A DNA stretch of 64,000 nt from Octopus bimaculoides (taxonomy: Eukaryota): the NCBI RefSeq assembly GCF_001194135.2, contig NC_068987.1, positions 12,889,234 to 12,953,233 on the forward strand, given 5' to 3'. Positions 25,193 to 37,809 of this stretch are shown here, piece by piece. The position numbers were made by a program, and so were the translations under genes. Numbering within the stretch: position 1 is the stretch's first letter; every line of letters starts with the position of its first letter. Under the pieces are notes generated by a model that searched no databases, was not told the DNA's origin, and was given only the letters and a program-made list of their open reading frames with translations.

Positions 25193-25242
25193 ATATTTTA
25201 CATGTTTCGGTTCTTTAAAAAACGAACCTTATCAAAATACAT
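25193..25242 (-). ncRNA. Hammerhead-like motif with U3-A8 core variant
   Basis: TTGATAA, stem II GGTTC/GAACC, GAAAC-AT-GTA with palindromic ACATGT; stem I is weak and AU-rich. Confidence 0.4.
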
Positions 25243-25436
25243 ATTTTTTTTAATAAATGTAATTAAAAGAAAAGTTCATAATTGTTTCTTACTGGTGTCA
25301 ACATAATCCATGTGGGAGCGTTTACAAAATTAAGAGGAATGACCACCAAAGTGGACTCCTATATGCTAGATATAGACGTCAAATCGCCTAACCACGAAGA
25401 GTATGTTCTCAAGAAAATTTCTACCCTCATTATTTA

Positions 25437-25475
<39 letters not shown>

Positions 25476-25478
<3 letters not shown>

Positions 25479-25620
25479 GACGGGTTTCCATCCACCAAAA
25501 TTCACGCACAAGGCATTGGTTGATCTGGAGCTATAGTAAAAAAAACACTTACCCGAGGAGTCGCCCGGTGGTAGTGAACCCCAAAAGCAATGATCTTAAT
25601 CACACAGCCATGCCTGTGCG
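25476..25620 (-). mobile_element. SINE family B 5' fragment
   Basis: acgacgggttt...ccaccaaaattcac...gctatagtaaaaaaaacacttacccgagg...cacacagccatgcc. Confidence 0.7.
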
Positions 25621-26084
25621 CAATGTGCATATTGTGTGTATTTATTTGCGTAGAATGAGACTTATTATGAGTGTATAGATACATAACTGGGAAGGTGTCA
25701 GAAGTGATCACATAAAAACATCTCTTTTAATGTAACTTTTAAAATACCAAGAATGAACAACTGTAGCATGAAATACTAACATTGTTGCACATGAAGACCT
25801 GAGAAGAACTTTGTCTTTCAACGAGGTACCACATTTACATTATCTAATATGAAAACTGACGCATAACCAACGTTTTGTAGAATATTACCCAGTAAAGTAT
25901 AAGATGGTGTCTCTACAGAGTAGGCTATCTACTTGTGATAAATAGAGGCACATCAAGTACACTTTCTTTCTAAACAAAATCTTAAATAAACGTTTGTATG
26001 GGTATGTTTATATGTATCGTGTGTTTGTGTGTGTGTGTGTGTGAGTGTGTGTACGTGTGAGTGTGCGTGTGTGTGTAAATGTAT

Positions 26085-26255
26085 GCAGCCGCCAACTGAT
26101 GAAGGGTCGTCCTTTATGTTACTTGTCTTGCTTTCCATTTGTTTCTCTTGTTGCACCCAGGCCTACCTTCGTATTTCATGTTTTCCTATTTCGTAATACA
26201 TGTCGTTTTCGTATTTCATGTTGTTTACATTTTGTGACGTCCTGTACGCATATAT
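26085..26255 (+). mobile_element. Short repeat family E-like copy
   Basis: ctgatgaagggtc...ttacttgtc...gtgacgtcctgtacgcatatatgcat. Confidence 0.5.
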
Positions 26256-26926
26256 GCATATATATATATACATATATATGTAAGTACGTACATTTATGTA
26301 TGTATATATGCATATATATATATACATATATATGTAAGTNNNNNNNNNNNNNNNNNNNNNNNNNNNNNNNNNNNNNNNNNNNNNNNNNNNNNNNNNNNNN
26401 NNNNNNNNNNNNNNNNNNNNNNNNNNNNNNNNNNNNNNNNNNNNNNNNNNNNNNNNNNNNNNNNNNNNNNNNNNNNNNNNNNNNNNNNNNNNNNNNNNNN
26501 NNNNNNNNNNNNNNNNNNNNNNNNNNNNNNNNNNNNNNNNNNNNNNNNNNNNNNNNNNNNNNNNNNNNNNNNNNNNNNNNNNNNNNNNNNNNNNNNNNNN
26601 NNNNNNNNNNNNNNNNNNNNNNNNNNNNNNNNNNNNNNNNNNNNNNNNNNNNNNNNNNNNNNNNNNNNNNNNNNNNNNNNNNNNNNNNNNNNNNNNNNNN
26701 NNNNNNNNNNNNNNNNNNNNNNNNNNNNNNNNNNNNNNNNNNNNNNNNNNNNNNNNNNNNNNNNNNNNNNNNNNNNNNNNNNNNNNNNNNNNNNNNNNNN
26801 NNNNNNNNGAAATACAACAGCGATTAAGATATTCACAATTAAATATGCCGGAAAGTATTAAGAATGAATATGTACTTCATCGTTTTGACCCCCCGCTGTT
26901 TTACGTGCTCATTATAACTCATCGTC

Positions 26927-26984
<58 letters not shown>

Positions 26985-27390
26985 CTTCGCATAGCTACTT
27001 TGTTCTGCTTGAATGATTATTTCCCTGGCCTGTGTATAAACTGCAAAGGTTAATTCACAATTTTCTCCGTTAAATCCCTTTAATTTACTAACTTTCACTT
27101 CCTTCAAAGGGACTCTTTCAATTGTAGTCTATCCCCGTCAACCTCTATTGTTTCGTTCTGCTTCACTACCCTTTCTTTTCAGCCAGTTGACTATCTCTTC
27201 ACAGTTTTGTTCTATTGATACATGATGTTTTTATTAAAGTAAACCATCTCAACTACATTCCTAATTTACTTGTTTCAACAAAGCAATCATCTAGTATTTC
27301 GTAAAACGCAGCTCCAGGTATTTTATTTAAATATATATTATTCTAAATATTTCTCCCTATATTTAAATGGTTTTCCTCAAAAATGTTCAA

Positions 27391-27530
27391 CGGCTGTGTG
27401 GTATTAAGTTTGCTTTCCAACCACATGGTGCCTGGTCCAGTCCCACAGTCTTGCATATTAAGCAAGTGTCTTCTACTATATCCTTGTGAGTGGATTTGGT
27501 AGACGGAAGCTGAAAGAAGCCAGTCGTGTG
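27391..27530 (+). mobile_element. SINE family B 5' fragment
   Basis: Head and CORE-like segment. Confidence 0.75.
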
Positions 27531-28307
27531 TGTTCAAGTCGCATAGAAGTGTGTGTGTATGTGTGTGTGTACATAAATGTATACACTTGTGGAACCTACT
27601 TATTCATATGTGATTTTATTAGTACACAAATGTTACACAGACATTTACATATGTATGTATGTATGTATGTAAAATACAGTCACATCATTTAGCCTTTCTA
27701 GAAGAACTGAAATTCAGTTGCTTTTATGCCTGCTACTTAAAAACTATCTTTAAGAACAGTTATGTCTGTTACGTCATCGTTATAGCGAGAAACCAGATAT
27801 AAAAAGCGTGCATTTTGGATATCTGAAGGAATTCGTTACTAGGGTTTTTTTTTTAATTTTTCAAAAGGTTTTCTTTTAAAATTTTCTACACTGATCATGC
27901 TGATCATGAAAATTAAAAACATTTTAACTAGAACTCACTAATAAAAAAAGCTACAAGCATTTATAAAAATATAATTGTTGCTAATCGAAAGCCTACATTG
28001 CTGACATATTGGAAGTAGTAACTGTTTGTTCCCGCGGAAACGGTGAACCACTTCACTGAGTTTGTCGACTCGCAAGATGGAACGCCCACTCAACAAGAGG
28101 AATTCCTTTCATTTGGTAGAAAAGATTGTTTTCTTTCATTAAATTCTTTTCTTTCCAGGATTCAAGAAATTAGTAGAATTCTTAGAAGATCCAGTTACTG
28201 TTTGGGTGTCGGTGAATAAACTACCGTGGAAGGATTCTTTTTTTATTTTCTTCTTTGGTTCCTTCTTTTTTCTTCTTTTTCTTTTTCTTCTTCTTCACTC
28301 ACACAAA

Positions 28308-28311
<4 letters not shown>

Positions 28312-28388
<77 letters not shown>

Positions 28389-28489
28389 GTCGTAGATTTG
28401 TGTGATTCTAAGAGTCATGAAGAAACATGAGCAATGAATTAGCTGAATGAGAAATACTTTTTACGATTCATATAGACAGACAGGCAGAC

Positions 28490-28559
<70 letters not shown>
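28312..28559. repeat. (CT)n at 28312-28383 and (GATA)n at 28490-28559
   Basis: Direct reading. Confidence 0.9.
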
Positions 28560-28720
28560 GCAGGCTTCCACACAGTTTTCCTCCGTCAAATTCAATTACG
28601 AGATATTGATCGGATCACGATTATTGTAAAAGACATATGCCTAAACTGGAATTGAACGCAGTGGTACTGAACCCGAAACTACGGGACTGTGAAGCGAACT
28701 TCTTAACCATACAACCACGC
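28560..28720 (-). mobile_element. Diverged SINE family B 5' fragment
   Basis: aaagacatatgcctaa...gcagtggtactgaacccgaaac...cttaaccatacaaccacgcc. Confidence 0.6.
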
Positions 28721-29146
28721 CTGGTTCTATATTTATAATTTCTATTTCCAAACAATTTATTAACTAATTATATATTTAAAACTATCGTTAATGAAAATCT
28801 AATACTATGATTTAAACAGTCGTGCTAAACAGCAACATGGCACATCCGAGCGTAATACGCCGTTTCTTTTATCAACATTAGTAGAAAGCAACGCAACCGA
28901 AAATAGATGATATTATCAGAATAAACAAAAGTGAAGCTGAGATTTTCACCAAGAAGCAAAAATCGAGAAGAAATTACATCCACTGCACATCTCATATCGT
29001 ATCTGTAAACATAAACTGCACAATTTCGCATCAGTTCTATAAGCAGAAGGAAGTATACTAGCAAGCAATTTACACACAGACATCTGCTGGTTTCCACCGG
29101 AAAATGTAAAAGAATGGCAAAAGCACGATCTTTACAATTGCCTTAC

Positions 29147-29225
29147 CTGACAGCCTGAACCGTCTCTGTAACCGATTGCAGTTGTTCAACATAAACCAAC
29201 AGGCATTGGATGAGTATGTGAATAT
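29147..29225 (-). CDS. Candidate 79-nt internal exon (phase 1-2)
   Basis: Donor CAG|GTAAGG, acceptor ccatcttgcatag, open frame IHILIQCLLVYVEQLQSVTETVQAV. Confidence 0.25.
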
Positions 29226-29578
29226 CTATGCAAGATGGCTTCCACGCTCATAACATGCACTTCAATTAACGCCAGATTATATGCGCTATCATACCTATAA
29301 AATTTATTCTCTGTGCTAGAGCTACAATAACCATTAAGTTGTAAATCTTACGCAAATGCCTCATCAGCTTGCTCAGTGTGGGTCTCTGTTACTAAGAATT
29401 ATGCTTGAATATTAAAGTTACACGAGAACCTTAATTAGCGGTTTTCTAGTACGGTTTTGATCGCGTGCGCTGGTAGCACTTTGAAATCCAACATATCCAT
29501 CACCTAATCCAAATTACCTGTTACGTAATATGGTACATTTGTTATCTCTAACTGCGCTTGCTTCTGTTACATATATAC

Positions 29579-29626
<48 letters not shown>

Positions 29627-29627
29627 C

Positions 29628-29676
<49 letters not shown>

Positions 29677-29855
29677 GGGAGAATTCACAAAAAAAGCAAC
29701 AGACGAAGACAGGTGGTGTAGAAAACAAATAGATGTATTAGTATAACGCTCGGGAATTGAAAAAGTCTTTAACGTTTCGAGCCTACGCTCTTCCACAGAA
29801 AGAAACAAGGAGAGAAAATGATGTGTGTAGTGGTTAGCGATCTATCATGGCGAAT
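29677..29855 (-). mobile_element. Short TA/TG-flanked element carrying a minimal hammerhead-like motif
   Basis: Lies between (TG)n and (TA)n tracts and contains the motif at 29766-29803. Confidence 0.55.
29766..29803 (-). ncRNA. Minimal type I hammerhead-like motif with A6U core variant
   Basis: TCTTT-CTGTGGA-A-GAGC-GTAG-GCTC-GAAAC-GTT-AAAGA: perfect stems I and II, palindromic AACGTT stem III. Confidence 0.65.
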
Positions 29856-30369
29856 ATATATATGTATATGTATGTATATGTGTATATATATGTGGTGAGT
29901 TATAATGAAAAACCTTATATATAAAATAAAAGATGGAAAATGCATACAGTTTACATAGTTTTAATATATTTTAATATATTTTTTATGTGAAAGAGTATTG
30001 TGTTTTTCGACCGGTTTCACTTTCGTTAATTATGACATTGAAATTATTGTAATTTCGTATTTTCTTAAGAAGATTTTTGTCCATGTTCTGGTATGAAAGT
30101 TTGTGAATGAAACAACAAGTAGGAAAATCTAAGGGGAGGTAATTGGTGATCTTTATTACTCGGGACAGGGGAGATAATAATTGCTCATTTTGTGGGGGGG
30201 GGGATAATTAAATTTACAAAAATATACAAAAACTCATGCGCTAAAGTAGTGAGATGACATATGTACAGTAATGGGTATGTGATCATGAATTAAAATATAT
30301 ACTGAGACTAAAGTCAGTTATGCGTTCATATTTAGGCAAATCGACTTCAGGACTTGTTCTTTGTGTACC

Positions 30370-30660
30370 TTAGCACTTATTCTATCGCTCTCTTTTGCCG
30401 AAACCCCATGTTACGGGGACGTAAACACACCAACATCGGTTGTCAAGCGATGGTGGAAGTGCAAACACAGACACGCAAATATATATATATATAACGAAGG
30501 GCTTCTTTCAGCTTATGTCTACCAAATCCACTTACAAGGCTTCGGTCGGGTCGAAGCTTTTAGTAGAAGACATTTGCCCAAGGTGTCACACAGTGGGACT
30601 GAACCAGGGACCATGTAGTTGAGAAGCAAGCTTCTTACCACACAGCCACTCCTGCGCCCA
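30370..30660 (-). mobile_element. SINE family B
   Basis: Head, CORE-like segment, short internal TA run and part of the tail. Confidence 0.85.
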
Positions 30661-31574
30661 TATATNNNNNNNNNNNNNNNNNNNNNNNNNNNNNNNNNNN
30701 NNNNNNNNNNNNNNNNNNNNNNNNNNNNNNNNNNNNNNNNNNNNNNNNNNNNNNNNNNNNNNNNNNNNNNNNNNNNNNNNNNNNNNNNNNNNNNNNNNNN
30801 NNNNNNNNNNNNNNNNNNNNNNNNNNNNNNNNNNNNNNNNNNNNNNNNNNNNNNNNNNNNNNNNNNNNNNNNNNNNNNNNNNNNNNNNNNNNNNNNNNNN
30901 NNNNNNNNNNNNNNNNNNNNNNNNNNNNNNNNNNNNNNNNNNNNNNNNNNNNNNNNNNNNNNNNNNNNNNNNNNNNNNNNNNNNNNNNNNNNNNNNNNNN
31001 NNNNNNNNNNNNNNNNNNNNNNNNNNNNNNNNNNNNNNNNNNNNNNNNNNNNNNNNNNNNNNNNNNNNNNNNNNNNNNNNNTATATATATATATATATAT
31101 GAGTGTGTGTATGATTTTTATATATGTGTGTGCATAAATGCACTATCAGTGTCGCTGTACAGTACAATCTGCGGTTATGAAACCTCAAAATTTTAAGCAG
31201 TTCGGAATGAATATCAAACCAGGTTTCGTCCTTTAGTAGATAGTCATCAGAAATCTGTTGACAAAAATAAAATAAGTAGAATATTTTTAGAAAAGTAAAC
31301 TATGATTATGCCAAGAATAACGAAATTTACATAATTGTACAATGCAAACGACCCCCCTCTGTATATAGCTAGTGTGCCAGTACATTGGAGCTATGAATAA
31401 ATATGTACACGGAACCATATCCGTGTTAAATAAACATAGATATGCATGTGTTTATTGAACATGTGGATATGAATCCGTATGTATGTATATATGTATGTAT
31501 ATTTGTGCATGTACGCATGTATGTATTTATATGCATGTATGTATCTATGTATGTATGTATGTATTTGTTCAGGC

Positions 31575-31720
31575 TCTATGTGTTGTAAATTCAAATCCCG
31601 CCGAGGTCAATTTCATTTTTTCAGTGTCGATTGAATTAAGTACCAGCTAAGAAGTCAGTTCAGTTGAACTGGCTAACCCGCTTCTCTTAAAATTACTGTC
31701 CTTGTACCAAAATTAGAAAG
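31575..31720 (+). mobile_element. Diverged SINE family A fragment
   Basis: aattcaaatcccgccgaggtcaa...aagtaccagc...ccttgtaccaaaattagaaa. Confidence 0.65.
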
Positions 31721-31722
31721 AA

Positions 31723-32280
31723 TTGTTGTTGTTGTTGATGTTGTTGTTACTGCTGTTGTCCTCGCTAATGTTGTTCTTGTTATTCTTGTTGTTGTTGTTG
31801 TTATGCTTTCTTTGCTCTGCTTCTAACGCTGTGGGTGTATCACGGTGTCAGCTGTTTACTACTAGTGAAATGCGGTAACACCCCCTAGTTTTTCAAGCAC
31901 CCACCGGAGTATTCGAGCTCTTTCAAACATTGCTGCTTTCTGCAAGTGCTCCACCCGAATCACAGCTTGTATTCGTTCAATGTACTTCTCACGATCTTTG
32001 CTCACTGTTTCCAAAGCTGGCTGTGACAATCTTCAATATTACTACCGCCTATTTTCAGCGACCACAGCTGCTTAACCTGTCAAATTAACTGTCATGTCTA
32101 TCGACTTTTTGTCTTCTTTATCGCGTATCTTGGTAGCTGGAATGTTATTTCTGTAAGTCCAACACTGTTTGCTTTCTTTCTCAATTATCACTATATCTGG
32201 TTTCCTATTCTCTACCTCATGGTCATACTGAATCATACACGTAGCAAACAGATTTTGTTTCAAGACTTTCTATGCAGAAG
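31723..32280 (-). pseudogene. 3' end of an R4/Dong-type (restriction-like endonuclease) LINE with (CAA)n tail
   Basis: MIQYDHEVENRKPDIVIIEKESKQC and ALETVSKDREKYIERIQAVIRVEHLQKAAMFERARILRWVLE match the RLE-domain C-terminus (DHEIEHRKPDIVV; EHLQKTALLGTARILRKVL). Confidence 0.8.
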
Positions 32281-32799
32281 AGTTGAAAAAGTAACAATAA
32301 TTATTAGGGGTGTTTCTAAGGCACCACTGAATACAGTTTGGGTAGCGTCCAAGATGATGCCATATTTATTGGCTCCAGAAACCAACGGGGAGAACAAAGA
32401 CACCTTTTTTTTTTTTTTTTTTGCCCGTAACAAGCAGTGCCACTCCATCATATTGTGATAATGAAAAAAATATATAATGCAGATAAATACCGTTTTTACC
32501 CTAAAAGTCAAACCCTTGGAAGATAATCACTTAAAAGATGCCATGCATTGATTTCTTGTTTTCTTTACGATTTCTTGTTTTGTGAATTCCCGAGGTTTAT
32601 CGTGTTTTCATCCCAAATGGAGACGAACACCATTCCTCAATACGATCGACGTGAAAAATTAAGTTATTAAGATGTTTTTCTTAACATGAAACCAATGGTA
32701 GCCTTAATACACAAATAAATAAATTTTATCCACCAACGCAGTATTGAGCACTCATTCTCATTGTTTGATATTTACATATATATATATATATATATATAT

Positions 32800-33240
32800 A
32801 CTCTTTTACTCTTTTATTTGTTTCAGTCATTTGACTGCGGCCATGCTGGAGCACCGCCTTTTAGTCGAGCAAATTGACCCCAGGACTTATTCTTGAGAAG
32901 CCTAGTATTTATTCTATCGGTCTCTTTTGCCGAAGCCCCAAGTTACGNNNNNNNNNNTAACATGAAACCAATGGTAGCCTTAATACACAAATAAATAAAT
33001 TTTATCCACCAACGCAGTATTGAGCACTCATTCTCATTGTTTGATATTTACATATATATATATATATATATATATACGACAGGTTTCTTTCAGTTTCCGT
33101 CTACCAAATCCACTCACAAGGCTTTGGTCGGCCCGAGGCTATAGTAGAAGACACTTGTCCAAGGTGCCACGCAGTGGGACTGAACCCGGAACCATGTGGT
33201 TGGAAAGCAAGCTACTTACCACACAGCCACTCCTGCGCCT
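32800..33240 (-). mobile_element. SINE family B split by a gap (tail 32800-32947, head 33075-33240)
   Basis: Both parts match the family consensus; flanking sequence is duplicated between them. Confidence 0.8.
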
Positions 33241-33935
33241 GTATGTGTGTATATCAAAATTATTGACTTCAGATTCAGTCTAGTTCTTTAATGACAAAAC
33301 CAGTTCACTTGAGAATTTTCTTGCTGTCCAATATAATCGATGTATAAAATAGCCAACAAGGGGACGCAGCAGACATTCTTGTCCCATAAAACTATTGGGA
33401 TTCGTTTGCAAAGGCGCGGTTCTGAAAGTAATTGTCTTTCATCTATTATTTAAAATAGATACTTCTTTTTTGGCATAAGCGTACTTGCTGTCGCGTATAG
33501 ACATTATTTATATAGCGTTAAATCATTACACGGTACGAATTTTATTGGTAATTTTTCTAGAAGAGTCACATAATGTCATCTGGGTTATTTTACTTGTTTT
33601 ATGTAGATTATCAGTTCTGTAGGTAATAGATAACATGCAGTTGTCTTCTCTATTCTCTAAATAACATGTTGTTTATTTAATCCAGCTGCATCTATTGTAG
33701 TCAGTATGCTGACGCATAGGAAATTGTTTAACTGAGTAATAATACAATTTGGTATCATATGTTGCGATTTGTTATCTCTCTTTGTACTTTATTGATATCA
33801 ACTCTTAATCTTTGTTGATCTTTAAAACGAGTCATCTTGAACGCATACTTACAAATCGAGGCTGTTATATCAGCGCGTTGCATTTAGCAATTTGTTGATA
33901 CATGTCACGTCAGCTTCTTCTTCTTCTTCTTCTTC

Positions 33936-34061
<126 letters not shown>

Positions 34062-34809
34062 NNNNNNNNNNNNNNNNNNNNNNNNNNNNNNNNNNNNNNN
34101 NNNNNNNNNNNNNNNNNNNNNNNNNNNNNNNNNNNNNNNNNNNNNNNNNNNNNNNNNNNNNNNNNNNNNNNNNNNNNNNNNNNNNNNNNNNNNNNNNNNN
34201 NNNNNNNNNNNNNNNNNNNNNNNNNNNNNNNNNNNNNNNNNNNNNNNNNNNNNNNNNNNNNNNNNNNNNNNNNNNNNNNNNNNNNNNNNNNNNNNNNNNN
34301 NNNNNNNNNNNNNNNNNNNNNNNNNNNNNNNNNNNNNNNNNNNNNNNNNNNNNNNNNNNNNNNNNNNNNNNNNNNNNNNNNNNNNNNNNNNNNNNNNNNN
34401 NNNNNNNNNNNNNNNNNNNNNNNNNNNNNNNNNNNNNNNNNNNNNNNNNNNNNNNNNNNNNNNNNNNNNNNNNNNNNNNNNNNNNNNNNNNNNNNNNNNN
34501 NNNNNNNNNNNNNNNNNNNNNNNNNNNNNNNNNNNNNNNNNNNNNNNNNNNNNNNNNNNNNNNNNNNNNNNNNNNNNNNNNNNNNNNNNNNNNNNNNNNN
34601 NNNNNNNNNNNNNNNNNNNNNNNNNNNNNNNNNNNNNNNNNNNNNNNNNNNNNNNNNNNNNNNNNNNNNNNNNNNNNNNNNNNNNNNNNNNNNNNNNNNN
34701 NNNNNNNNNNNNNNNNNNNNNNNNNNNNNNNNNNNNNNNNNNNNNNNNNNNNNNNNNNNNNNNNNNNNNNNNNNNNNNNNNNNNNNNNNNNATTATTATT
34801 ATTATTATT

Positions 34810-35093
34810 CAGTAGTTTTATTTTTATAACGTGCTTTCACTTCACTACCGAGCGCAGCTTTGTGCGCCTTGGGTATGTGCTGTGGTTTGTTGTGGTGCTC
34901 TTATGTTTACTGTATTGAAAGTGTTTTGCGTAGAATGTGTGCAGTACCCAGTAGTGCAATTTTCTGTATGTTATATATATTTGTAAGTCCTGGTGTTTTT
35001 GTTATGTATTTGTCTGAATATTTTTTTATTATACCTAAGGCACCTACTATGATAGGAATTGTTTCTGTTTTTAGATTCCACATTCGAGTTATC

Positions 35094-35094
<1 letters not shown>
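34810..35094 (-). pseudogene. 5'-truncated R4/Dong-type LINE embedded in (TAA)n
   Basis: ITRMWNLKTETIPIIVGALGIIKKYSDKYITKTPGLTNIYNIQKIALLGTAHILRKTLSIQ* followed by a short 3' UTR; (TAA)n on both sides. Confidence 0.85.
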
Positions 35095-35145
<51 letters not shown>

Positions 35146-36171
35146 CATCATCGTCATCGTCATCATCACAATCATCGTCATAATCATCATCACCATCACC
35201 GTCATCGTTGTGGTCGTCATAACATTTTTCAACAGCTTCATGCAAGTTCCTACTTCACCAACAGGTGTACCTCCGACTTCCTGTGATGTGTGTAGCAACA
35301 ATGTCTTTTGGGAATGCAGAAATGTGTTTATATATACAACATCAGTTTTGCATTCTTGTGGGGGATTTGCTTTATTGTTTCTGCCGTTATTTCAGTGTTT
35401 CGTTTGTGTATTGCAATGTAAGCCGTGATATTTTGTTGGATTCTGTTTGTGTTTCGTTTGTGTTATGCAATCGGCGTTATGTGTTTTTTTGGTGTCGGCT
35501 GACGACCGTGTAGATCACGTACAGAGAGGGTTATGTTATATTAATGGGCGTGGAAGCTATGTAGAAAATAAATCGCGTGAATCGCCGGGGTAATAGTATT
35601 TAGTCTCAATTATCTACGAGTTCGTGCTGTGTTATTCTATTTTGTATTGATTGTGTAAGGCGTGTGTTGTGCTGTGTTGTGTTGATTCCGAGGAGCATGT
35701 ATTATGCCAGTTGTGTTATTCCATTAGGTTGTTATAGCATAGAGTATGTACTATAAGCGGAATGCGTAAGATATGAATTGAGCTGAGCGCGGCTAACTTT
35801 TCAACCATGTTGATGTTGTTGTGAGCCCTGGTCTTCTTTATATATTTTGGTTCCTATTTTTTTTATGTACCAAGCGCTCGAGTTATTATTGGTAGTTTTC
35901 ATTTCATGCCTGCATTCTACTTAATCCAGTTTCACCGCCTCCCAGCCTGCCCCAGTTCTGGCAAAGTTCTGATTTTAAAAAACAACGAGATGTATTAAAG
36001 TACACGGTTTTGTTCCGGTTTTTCATTATCATATCTTACTTTGCTTTCCTTGTCAGTATGAACCGGCAGGTCCTTGATGTCTGTAGCCGAGTCATTGTCC
36101 TGTTCTGTGTTTGGTACACGGCTATATCACTTCTTAACCGTTTTCTCCTTAAAGTATCTACATTACTGGTT

Positions 36172-36360
36172 TCAGATTTTCGCACAAGGCCAGCAGTTCC
36201 AGGGAAAAGGGTAAATCGATGACTGATACTTATTTTATCGACCCCGAAAGGATGAAAAGCAAAGTTGACCTCGGCGGAATTTGAACTCGGAGCGTGAAGG
36301 CGGACGTAATACCGCTAAGCAATTTTGCCCGGCGTGCTAACGATTCTGCCAGCTCGCCAC
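36172..36360 (-). mobile_element. SINE family A
   Basis: Reverse complement of the consensus. Confidence 0.85.
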
Positions 36361-36504
36361 CAAAAAGTATCTACGAATTATCCAATAGACGTAGCTGCTA
36401 ACTCTATCGTGTCCTAAATATACTCGGAGTTTAGAAGGACTGGTTAACCGGAAATAATATAATCAACCGTCTCACTGCACAGATTCCATAGTCAGCATTT
36501 AATG

Positions 36505-36736
36505 TTACTCTTTACTCTTTACTCTTTTACTTGTTTCAGTCATTTGACTGCGGCCATGCTGGAGCACCGCCTTTAGTCGAGCAAATCGACCCCAGGACTT
36601 ATTCTTTGTAAGCCTAGTACTTATTCTATCGGTCTCTTTTGCTGAACTGCTAGGTTACGGGGGCGTAAACACACCAGTATCAGTTGTCAAGTGATGTTGG
36701 GGGGACAAACACAGACACACAAACATATACATATAT
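36505..36736 (-). mobile_element. SINE family B 3' half ending at the internal microsatellite and gap
   Basis: (actcttt)n tail and full 3' segment. Confidence 0.9.
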
Positions 36737-37809
36737 NNNNNNNNNNNNNNNNNNNNNNNNNNNNNNNNNNNNNNNNNNNNNNNNNNNNNNNNNNNNNNNN
36801 NNNNNNNNNNNNNNNNNNNNNNNNNNNNNNNNNNNNNNNNNNNNNNNNNNNNNNNNNNNNNNNNNNNNNNNNNNNNNNNNNNNNNNNNNNNNNNNNNNNN
36901 NNNNNNNNNNNNNNNNNNNNNNNNNNNNNNNNNNNNNNNNNNNNNNNNNNNNNNNNNNNNNNNNNNNNNNNNNNNNNNNNNNNNNNNNNNNNNNNNNNNN
37001 NNNNNNNNNNNNNNNNNNNNNNNNNNNNNNNNNNNNNNNNNNNNNNNNNNNNNNNNNNNNNNNNNNNNNNNNNNNNNNNNNNNNNNNNNNNNNNNNNNNN
37101 NNNNNNNNNNNNNNNNNNNNNNNNNNNNNNNNNNNNNNNNNNNNNNNNNNNNNNNNNNNNNNNNNNNNNNNNNNNNNNNNNNNNNNNNNNNNNNNNNNNN
37201 NNNNNNNNNNNNNNNNNNNNNNNNNNNNNNNNNNNNNNNNNNNNNNNNNNNNNNNNNNNNNNNNNNNNNNNNNNNNNNNNNNNNNNNNNNNNNNNNNNNN
37301 NNNNNNNNNNNNNNNNNNNNNNNNNNNNNNNNNNNNNNNNNNNNNNNNNNNNNNNNNNNNNNNNNNNNNNNNNNNNNNNNNNNNNNNNTTGCTTATGACA
37401 TCGGTCCCGTACAGCCAAAGTCGGACCATCTATTTCTACTTTTAGTCCACAGCTTTTAAGCCACTCTTTCACTTAACTCACATCCTGTTTGTCGAATCAC
37501 GCGCAGCTTTAATCGCGGTGTGATTTTCTTTCTTTTTAAAATATGCTTTGATTTTCGTCTCTTAAAAAAAAAAATACGTTTCCTGTTGTTGTTGTTGTCG
37601 TCGTTGTTGTTATTTTTGTTTTGGGGGATTTTTCTTTCATCTTCTTTCTCCTCAATGTTTTTAAGTTTCCGATTTGTATTTTATTGCTTCCTTATTTTAT
37701 TAAGAAAATTCATCTTTGTCTTTGATCGTGTTTCCTTATCAGTTTCTCTTTCATTGCTTCTAATTAGCTTTCCAATCACCCCGTCGTTATTTTGCAATAG
37801 CTCGCTATC

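Noticed and set aside
28022-28230. Plus-strand protein-like frames around a strong acceptor at 28158
   Set aside because: Would need a 43-nt intron or a weak donor; no recognisable homology.
30005-30075. Minus-strand GAAACCGGTC hammerhead tail
   Set aside because: The upstream core reads CTTAAGA and stem I pairs poorly; at best a decayed relic.
31213-31258. Minus-strand CTGATGA...GGAC-GAAAC-CTG-GTT hammerhead-like motif
   Set aside because: Stem I and the base of stem II do not pair. The same stretch also reads as an open frame after an acceptor (ISDDYLLKDETWFDIHSELLKIL) but has no convincing donor.
33285-33421. Candidate minus-strand exon (PRLCKRIPIVLWDKNVCCVPLLAILYIDYIGQQENSQ)
   Set aside because: Acceptor is plausible but the donor is weak, and joining it after the 48813 exon creates a stop codon.
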